A DNA stretch of 63,538 nucleotides, filler included, from Octopus bimaculoides (lineage: Eukaryota): NCBI RefSeq assembly GCF_001194135.2. It is 7 parts of 7 records of this genome, joined end to end, with 100 filler letters (N's around TTAATTAATTAA, not from the genome) between each part and the next. Parts side by side here need not be neighbours in the genome. Positions count along the whole stretch, not along the records: positions 53,974 to 57,389 come from NC_068989.1; positions 57,490 to 63,538 come from NC_069004.1; 5 more parts are not named here. One strand, written 5' to 3'. The notes under the pieces are model-generated. The model had not been told where the DNA came from, made no database searches, and was given only the letters and a program-made list of their open reading frames with translations. Numbering within the stretch: the stretch's first letter is position 1; each line of letters opens with the position of its first letter. Shown one piece after another: positions 54,579 to 63,538 of the stretch. The translations under genes and the position numbers were made by a program.

Positions 54579-57187
54579 TTGTGTGTGTGTGTATGTGTGT
54601 GTGTGTGTGTGTATGTACATCTACATATGTATGTATTTATGCATATATAGACATCTTTCTATATATGTGCATAAATAGTCATGTATATGTGAGTGTATAT
54701 ATGCATGTATGTATAACTGCGTGTCTATAAATATATATAATTTTGTGTATATGCTAATATATATCTCTATATATGTAAATTTCTTGAGTGTGTGTGTGTG
54801 CATGCATGTNNNNNNNNNNNNNNNNNNNNNNNNNNNNNNNNNNNNNNNNNNNNNNNNNNNNNNNNNNNNNNNNNNNNNNNNNNNNNNNNNNNNNNNNNNN
54901 NNNNNNNNNNNNNNNNNNNNNNNNNNNNNNNNNNNNNNNNNNNNNNNNNNNNNNNNNNNNNNNNNNNNNNNNNNNNNNNNNNNNNNNNNNNNNNNNNNNN
55001 NNNNNNNNNNNNNNNNNNNNNNNNNNNNNNNNNNNNNNNNNNNNNNNNNNNNNNNNNNNNNNNNNNNNNNNNNNNNNNNNNNNNNNNNNNNNNNNNNNNN
55101 NNNNNNNNNNNNNNNNNNNNNNNNNNNNNNNNNNNNNNNNNNNNNNNNNNNNNNNNNNNNNNNNNNNNNNNNNNNNNNNNNNNNNNNNNNNNNNNNNNNN
55201 NNNNNNNNNNNNNNNNNNNNNNNNNNNNNNNNNNNATATATATATATATATATATATATACATACATATATATACATACGTGTGTGTGTATGTGGGTATG
55301 TCATTAAATGTCAGATAAATGTTCTCCTATATGCAGAAATAGTTACAGAAATATGTCCGCATACATGTTTTTTAATATCTCTGCCTATACTCACCCTTTG
55401 ATGTCTCACTATCTTACCAACTGGTTTAGTACTCTACAACAATTGTTATGATTCATGCTTCCTGGACCTCTGGGATTCTATCGCTCTGATACGTGTAGTG
55501 TGATGTAATGGAGACCAACTCAGATGATTTATCATTTTTACATTTCCATCCAATGATTCCACAACTAGTATTAATTTTTTTTTCTTTCATACATTATTAA
55601 TTCGTTGATTTGTTCCATTTTTGTCATTTTTATCCCAATATTCCCTGCCAATTTCCTATTCTTTCATTGCTATTTGTTTTTTTCAATACAATCCTCAACT
55701 CCCCCTCCAGGCTGGATTTCAATTTTGTTTATTGTGAACCACGAGCGATATGTAACGAATGCGTAATTTAAAAATTATAGAAACAGGGCTAAGATCGAAT
55801 ACGGTTTTACTGATACTTTCCCTGATATCGTTTTCTTTTCTCTGTTATAAAATATATATATGGCGTATCATCATCATCATCATCATCATCATCACCAGCA
55901 GCAGCAGCAACAGCGGAACCACCACCAGCACCAGCATAAACAACAGCATTTCGAAGAGCAGCCGTAGTATTACCAATAAACATTGTGATAATAATATATA
56001 CAGTTATAGTTATTTCAAGGGGGTTCCGCCAACATTTACTGGTTACCAAAGGCCCAACCGTGTTCCGTATGTGTTTACAACATTGTATTTTGGCAAGATA
56101 AAAAGTCGTTGAATACTAAAGGCATCATATGTAAATATATNNNNNNNNNNNNNNNNNNNNNNNNNNNNNNNNNNNNNNNNNNNNNNNNNNNNNNNNNNNN
56201 NNNNNNNNNNNNNNNNNNNNNNNNNNNNNNNNNNNNNNNNNNNNNNNNNNNNNNNNNNNNNNNNNNNNNNNNNNNNNNNNNNNNNNNNNNNNNNNNNNNN
56301 NNNNNNNNNNNNNNACCCAATTATTATATGCCTATTCTACATCCTGCGCTAGCATATTTATTCTTATAATTCTTTTTAGTCGAGAACCACCAACGCTACT
56401 TACACGCAAATTTCCCCCTCTAACCCCCTTTCTCTTTGCCCTCTTCATATCTAAATATTGTTATGGCAATGAGTTTCTTCACACGCTAGATCGGACCGAC
56501 GCTCGTTTTATCCTTTACACTTATATACGGCTTCCGTTATAAACACGAACTACCTACAACCTATAACTTACTGACATATAGGTCCTCATAACCGAACTGG
56601 TTCTCCTTTTAGATTTAACTCACATTGCCCCACCGTTCAACTTCCAGAAGTCACAAACACCTGGGAGCCATGGTATTAAATGACCAGGAGACCACACGTT
56701 CAACTAACTTCTATCCTTCTTCCACCTCACAACGGACTTACCGAACAGTGAACCTACTATAATGTAAGAGTTTCAAACCTTAGATCATTTTCTTTTCCGA
56801 TTTACCCCTCTACCTTTCGGTCTTCTCTACTTCTGACTTCTTCGTTCTGATGATGTCTACCATTAGCAATGTGGCAAAAATATAAATATATATTTTCCTC
56901 ACCATGATACATAGAAACGATCGTAAACTCACTTTCACTCTCACCTTTCTTAGCTAATTGTATAATGGCTTCCGAGCGGAAAAGACACACTTCTTATTGT
57001 TATTTTTCCACCCTTTTTTTATCGTCTCTATAAATTAAACTACGGCTTACCCGCTAAATTACCTGCTGCCGTATACCTTTTACCGAGGACTATACCTACT
57101 GAGGTAATTACCAGAAGTACCTTTGGATATATCTATCTCTTAGAGGCTTTAAAAACCTCTAACATATACCTGCATATATAATATATA

Positions 57188-57260
<73 letters not shown>

Positions 57261-57565
57261 TATTTGTTTTGCAAGATTTTTGATGTGAAATCGTGTGTTG
57301 AAACAGATGTTGTTGTACTTGGGGATGGTCATATTGCCAGTTTAGCCAATAAAAACACACACACTGTATATTTGGTGTTAATTTGCTTCNNNNNNNNNNN
57401 NNNNNNNNNNNNNNNNNNNNNNNNNNNNNNNNNTTAATTAATTAANNNNNNNNNNNNNNNNNNNNNNNNNNNNNNNNNNNNNNNNNNNNCCCCGTCCGCC
57501 CCACTTGCGCCATCGTTATTTATGTTCATTGTGCGACTGAATGTTGTGTTGACACCCCCCCCACG

Positions 57566-57594
<29 letters not shown>

Positions 57595-57597
<3 letters not shown>

Positions 57598-57760
57598 CGA
57601 TGGGCTTCTTTCAGTTTCCGTCTACCAAATCCACTCACAAGGCTTTGGTCGGCCCGAGGCAATAGTGGAAGACACTTGCCCTAGGTGCCACGCAGTGGGA
57701 CTGAACTAGGAACCATGTAGTTCGTAAGCAAGCTACTTACCACACAGCCACTCCTGCGCC
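57595..57760 (-). mobile_element. SINE family A 5' half
   Basis: Family match with intact head. Confidence 0.8.
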
Positions 57761-57795
<35 letters not shown>

Positions 57796-57800
57796 GGTTT

Positions 57801-58030
57801 AAAGGCGGAGAGAGCTGGCCGAATCGTTCGGACGCCGGTTAAAAATGCTTAGTAGTATTTCGTCCGTATTTTTCATGCTCAGGGAATTCACATTGAATTC
57901 CGCCGAGCTCATCTCTGCCTTTAAAGCCTTCAGAGTCGATAATAAAAGTACGAGGCAAGTATATGAGAGTCGATAGAATCGAATTTCCCCACGCCCTTCA
58001 ACTGGTTTTGTTTCGAAAATTTAAAACCAT
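57801..58030 (+). mobile_element. SINE family B, diverged
   Basis: Family match; follows (ATT)n 57762-57792. Confidence 0.65.
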
Positions 58031-59337
58031 TATTATTGATGGTTTCAGATGGTCAACTCTCTGCCCCACCCTCCTTGTTTTTTCTTCTTCGTCTTCAGTG
58101 GCATCGGTTTTAGACTTCTAAGTTCAAGTACAAGAAGACTGGCTTTCGGTTTCATTTCCGCAACGCGGCAGTAAGGGATTTAAGAATGTAGTCGGTGCCC
58201 TAATTAGAAACGATGTCAACGTCCTGATCAATCTTATCTTGCGGGGATTAGCAGAGTCGTTAGAAGATAGGATATAAATGTCTTGTGGTGTTCGTTTCGG
58301 TACAAGTTCGAATCTGGAGGAGGTCAACTTTGCCTTTCATCTATTTCTTAGTTTGTTTTTTTTTGGAGGGGTGGGAGTGAGGTGGAATCAATCAATGGAT
58401 GAAAGAGAAAGAAAAAATCTTTTAACGTCTGAAATCGATTTTTCTTTCCCCCACCCATATCTATTTTTTCTGCCTACCTGCCCCTCGATCGACTGTACCA
58501 GTTATTTTCAAGGATCCAGCCTTGCCACGTAGTGCTAGAGAAAGTGATCTCACCCTGAAAAATGTATTAAGGATATATATATATATATANNNNNNNNNNN
58601 NNNNNNNNNNNNNNNNNNNNNNNNNNNNNNNNNNNNNNNNNNNNNNNNNNNNNNNNNNNNNNNNNNNNNNNNNNNNNNNNNNNNNNNNNNNNNNNNNNNN
58701 NNNNNNNNNNNNNNNNNNNNNNNNNNNNNNNNNNNNNNNNNNNNNNNNNNNNNNNNNNNNNNNNNNNNNNNNNNNNNNNNNNNNNNNNNNNNNNNNNNNN
58801 NNNNNNNNNNNNNNNNNNNNNNNNNNNNNNNNNNNNNNNNNNNNNNNNNNNNNNNNNNNNNNNNNNNNNNNNNNNNNNNNNNNNNNNNNNNNNNNNNNNN
58901 NNNNNNNNNNNNNNNNNNNNNNNNNNNNNNNNNNNNNNNNNNNNNNNNNNNNNNNNNNNNNNNNNNNNNNNNNNNNNNNNNNNNNNNNNNNNNNNNNNNN
59001 NNNNNNNNNNNNNNNNNNNNNNNNNNNNNNNNNNNNNNNNNNNNNNNNNNNNNNNNNNNNNNNNNNNNNNNNNNNNNNNNNNNNNNNNNNNNNNNNNNNN
59101 NNNNNNNNNNNNNNNNNNNNNNNNNNNNNNNNNNNNNNNNNNNNNNNNNNNNNNNNNNNNNNNNNNNNNNNNNNNNNNNNNNNNNNNNNNNNNNNNNNNN
59201 NNNNNNNNNNNNNNNNNNNNNNNNNNNNNNNNNNNNNNNNNNNNNNNNNNNNNNNNNNNNNNNNNNNNNNNNNNNNNNNNNNNNNNNNNNNNNNNNNNNN
59301 NNNNNNNNNNNNNNNNNNNNNNNNNNNNNNNNNNNNN

Positions 59338-59720
59338 CTTCTTTTTATGACTGCATTCTCACCATCCCACCCTCACCACCTCTCTCTTTCTATCTCTGTG
59401 TCCCCCCTCCCTCTCTCTCTCTGATATTGCTGTTTTATTACCTCTTACTTCGTTCCTCTCCTCTTTGCTTTCTATCTCCTGCCTCCCCTTTCCTCCCCGT
59501 GCACCACTTGCTATTATTCTTTCTTCCTACACCCTCCTCTTTCCTTTCCCATCTTTTATTAATTCACCTCCTCCGTCGCTCTTTATCTTCTCATACCCCT
59601 CTCTTTATCACGTCTCTCTCAACTCTCCCACCCTCTTTCTCTACTACTTTTCCTTTCACTCTCTCTAATTCTTTTCCTTTCCCCCCTTTCTCTCTTTCAC
59701 TCTTTCTCTCTCTTCCTAGC
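59338..59720. repeat. ~380-bp polypyrimidine/polypurine tract
   Basis: Almost purely C/T on the + strand. Confidence 0.85.
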
Positions 59721-60860
59721 TCGATCGTGTCTATGTACTACACACGTCATTTGCTATTCACCCGAAAACGGCTGCATCAGTGGACGCTTGCAGAAGACAT
59801 TCTTCCCACACAACTCACAGCTCTAACGAGGACACACTCACACGTATACACACACGCATACACACACATACACACACGGCAAGATCAGGTCGTTTAGTGC
59901 ACTTCGTTCGGAACTGCTCTCCACACAGACAGCCAGCCAGCCAGCCAAGCAGTGAGACGACAAACTTAGAGAAGCTGGGCTACTTTCAAATGCTGTTGGT
60001 TAGGGGTATGTCGCTTACTGATGATGGTGTTGATGATGATGATGACGACAACAACACTGACAGTGATAGTGTGGCAGCGGAGGCGGTGACGATGGTGACG
60101 GTTAATGATAATGTTTCGATGGTTCTATAATTTGTAGAGGTGATGAGCGATGATGGCGCGATTTATGATACAGAGTGGTGGTGATTGGTGAAGTCCGTTA
60201 TCTCTATTGTTCTTTATATTGTCTTCAAAGCCGCTCCCACCTCGCTCCAACCAAATTTCAATCGACTGATCTAATTAGAGTTACCTCCCTTGCCATTCCT
60301 GTTCCTTGTTCCTTCTTTCTCTCTCCCTCTCCCTATCTCTCTTTCTCCAGATTTAATCCCTCTCAGAATGAGCTCCTAGGCCTCTAATTACTTGCATCTC
60401 AGAAGATCGTTTTCCGTACACGTTCTGTAAAATACTTTCTTTTATCTTCAGCATGCTTTCAGTCATTGGATTGCGGCCATGCTTGGGCGCCGCATTGTGG
60501 ACTTGTAGTTGAAGAAATCGCCCGCCCTCCCTCCCACCCCATATGTANNNNNNNNNNNNNNNNNNNNNNNNNNNNNNNNNNNNNNNNNNNNNNNNNNNNN
60601 NNNNNNNNNNNNNNNNNNNNNNNNNNNNNNNNNNNNNNNNNNNNNNNNNNNNNNNNNNNNNNNNNNNNNNNNNNNNNNNNNNNNNNNNNNNNNNNNNNNN
60701 NNNNNNNNNNNNNNNNNNNNNNNNNNNNNNNNNNNNNNNNNNNNNNNNNNNNNNNNNNNNNNNNNNNNNNNNNNNNNNNNNNNNNNNNNNNNNNNNNNNN
60801 NNNNNNNNNNNNNNNNNNNNNNNNNNNNNNNNNNNNNNNNNNNNNNNNNNNNNNNNNNNN

Positions 60861-60909
<49 letters not shown>

Positions 60910-62080
60910 CACACTCACGTACATACATGCATATATAAACTTTTTAGTATGTTATGCAAAGCTCGCCTACTGTTATTGGCTACCTGATGTCATCATAGAC
61001 TGGTATCTATCTGCTTCTCTGTCTGTCTGTCTATAAAAAAAATTAAAAAAAGCGGTGGGGTTCCATATAGTTTCGGTCTACCATCTTCACTCGCAAGGCA
61101 TTTTATTGGTCAGAATCGATTGTAGATGACCCTTTCTGGAGCCTCCACGCAGCGGGGTTGATTCCGAAACCACAGCTTTGCGAAGCAAGCTTGTCAACCA
61201 TTCGCCATTTTGTTAGTGGTAAACTTGTTCGTTAACTCGCAAATTGTTGCTGTTTAGCTCTCTCGGTCCTTTCTGATCCGGTATGAGATATTGTCAAATG
61301 CATTCTAGCCGTGACTGTCTCTCCTTCCTTTTCCGACATTGTGTCTAATAGAATTATATTATTACATTATAAAATACAGTCACCTTATCTATTTTCTTAT
61401 AACTATAGCAAGAGACTTGGCTGCTACTTCTAGGGAGTCGAGTGTTTCCTTGGAAGGTGCCTATCTGGATCATATTAGTGGTTATGTTGGTAGTCGTGTT
61501 AGCGAGGTTGATGGTGGGTTTTTGAGTGAAAAAAATGTGTGTGTGTGCCTGTGTTTCTCTCCCCGGCCCCATATTTGTATGTTTACGTCCCCGTAATTTA
61601 GAGATTCGGCAAAATAGACCGATAGAAGTACTAGGCTTACAAAGAAGTCATCCTGGGGTCGATTTGTTCGCCTAAGGGCGGTGCTCCAGCATGGCCGCAG
61701 TCAAACGACCGACACAAGTAAAAGATATATATGTATTTAGATTCACCAGTAGCAATAAATTACAAGACTCAACAGAAGCGTAGTGTATTCTTTGATACAT
61801 TTATACCTTGAAGGCTCCAATTTCAATTGCTGAGAGTTACTCGTTTCCTGATCATCAGAAATGGTAAACCGAGACTGCTTTTCTTTTGGTATAAATTGTA
61901 TATTCGTGTAAAGACGATCTCGTGTGAACGCCAGCCATTTTCTTTATTTGACTGAAGCAGGAGGCTGACATCTCATTTTCTAATTTTCAAATTTCTATAC
62001 ATGTTATCGAAGTATCACTGTAGTTATTGAACTATGATTAATTACTGTGATATAAAGTAATTCGATGTGCGTGTGTTTGT

Positions 62081-62370
62081 GTGGCTTAGCGGTTAGGGGT
62101 ATTCGGCTTGCGATCGTAAGTTCACGAGTTCGATTCTTGGAGGGCGCGTTGTGGCCTTGAGCAAGACACTTTTATTTCTCGTTGCACCAGTGCACTCAGC
62201 TAGCAAAAATTAGTTGTACCTGTAATTCAAAGGGACATTCAGTGTCACGCTGTCTCTCCCTGAGAACTGCATTAAGGGCACGCACGTATGTGGAGTGCTC
62301 AGCTACTTGCACGTTAATTTCACTTTAGTTTACGTTGATCGGATAAACTTGAGTCCTCGTCATGGTAACC
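62081..62370 (+). mobile_element. tRNA-derived SINE with intact Pol III boxes
   Basis: A-box TGGCTTAGCGG 62082-62092, B-box GAGTTCGATTC 62126-62136, then a non-tRNA body (CCTTGAGCAAGACACTT); no acceptor stem. Confidence 0.7.
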
Positions 62371-62386
62371 GATGGATCTGTATACG

Positions 62387-62520
62387 GATCTGATCTGGCA
62401 GTGTTTCTACAGCTGGATGCCTTTCCTAAAGCCAACCACTCCGAGAGTGTAGTGGGTGCTTTTTTACGTGCCACCGGCACAGGGGCCAGTTGAAACTTTA
62501 CTGGCATCGGCCACGTTCGG
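62387..62520 (-). mobile_element. RTE 3' UTR fragment
   Basis: Matches 48800-48900. Confidence 0.7.
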
Positions 62521-62984
62521 ATTGTGGGCCAAAAATCTTGTCTAAGATTTTAGATTTTTACACAAGTACACACACACACACACACATCTGTGTGTGTATG
62601 GTGTGGTTGTTTGGTTGCACAAACATGTGTGCAGGCACACGCATATTCCCGTAAGTTATTGCGAGAAGGCTAAAGTTAAAGGGGACAACACTGAAAAGTA
62701 AATCGTGTCGGAATAGATGCGTGGGCCCTAAATCGTTCGTCCCGCAGGTAGCCCGACGCAACGAATGAGTTGTGTGTGAAATGTCAAGGGCCTTAGATAT
62801 GAGGCCGGGTATCTCCATTCGTTCAATTCACCTCCCCCTATATATCATTTGGGTCTGTTTAATTCACATAATACCCTTTATACATTCCCATCCAAAGTTG
62901 TAGTCTTGCTGTATCTTAGTTAGAAGCAGTTATTAACTACGAAATAACGATGATGGAGGGGGCGGTTTAGGGTTTATATATGTA

Positions 62985-63345
62985 GGCGTGGCTGGGTGCT
63001 AAGAAGCTTTGCCCTCCAGGCTCAGTCCCACGATGTGATAGTTTGGGCAAGAATCTTCTACCATTGCCTCGGGCTTAACCGAAACCTTGTCAGTGAATTT
63101 GGTAGTCGGAAACCAGCTTAGTACTTAATCTGTTGTTTTCTTTTGCCGAACCGCTAAGTTACGGGAAAGCAAACACACCAACATCAGTTGTCAAGCAATG
63201 TTGGGGAGACAAACTAGGAATACACACACACACACACACACGACGGACTTCTTTCAGTTTCCATTTTGGCTTTGGTTGGCCCGAGGCTATAGTGGAAGAC
63301 ACTTGCCCAAGATGTCACACAATGGGACTGAGCCCGGAACCATTA
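62985..63345. mobile_element. Two SINE family A fragments in opposite orientation (+ 62985-63120; - 63130-63345)
   Basis: Both match family A; mutually complementary over the head-proximal region. Confidence 0.65.
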
Positions 63346-63538
63346 TATATAATTTCAAAAATTTAACAGAATCTCAGCAAGCGGACAATTTTACAAGAAC
63401 ATGACAAACAGAAAATTTGTAGCAGTTGCGCCATCAGTCAATGTCCAAAGATCATTGCAAATTCGCGCCTTTAACGTTATATATTTGTGTGCGTGTTTGT
63501 GTGTTCCCGACAACCTACCCCGGTTTGTTTACGTCCTC

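Noticed and set aside
55395-55433. 39-nt exon-like segment (STKPVGKIVRHQR, ag..gtgagt)
   Set aside because: Phase 0 does not fit CaMKI, no homology, and such segments are expected by chance in 60 kb.
58064-58125. Minus-strand MPLKTKKKKQGG as a possible CaMKI start exon
   Set aside because: An in-frame stop follows, there is no convincing donor and no Y-x-x-x-x-x-LG motif.
62081-62150. tRNA gene
   Set aside because: A and B boxes are present but there is no closing acceptor stem, and it continues into a SINE body.

Overview
AT-rich, microsatellite- and transposon-dense animal genomic DNA from a gapped draft assembly. The repeat landscape (RTE, Dong/R4, CR1, Tx1, Penelope, abundant tRNA-SINEs, (TA)n/(CA)n/(AAT)n) suggests an octopus or other coleoid cephalopod (inference). 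The only host gene I can support is a 5'-partial calcium/calmodulin-dependent protein kinase I (CaMKI) on the minus strand. It has seven GT-AG coding exons between 18283 and 7784 that splice in frame into 241 aa running from the hinge (VTGGELF) through HRDLK, DFG, the activation loop and APE to the autoinhibitory/CaM-binding helix and stop. The N-lobe exons were not found in the 45 kb upstream. The rest is intron or intergenic sequence filled with decayed mobile elements. Main observations: (i) a 245-bp island with eight perfect nuclear-receptor half-sites, partly as inverted repeats, inside a 1.7-kb CAC/CAT repeat; (ii) several inverted repeat pairs in the CaMKI pre-mRNA that could form dsRNA; (iii) a HINE-(ATT)n-SINE arrangement present twice in opposite orientation; (iv) Penelope-derived hammerhead ribozyme relics; (v) tandem Dong/R4 elements in (AAT)n; (vi) a degenerate ~40-bp minisatellite. 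None of this proves a new biological system. Six TTAATTAATTAA-in-N blocks are assembly linkers.
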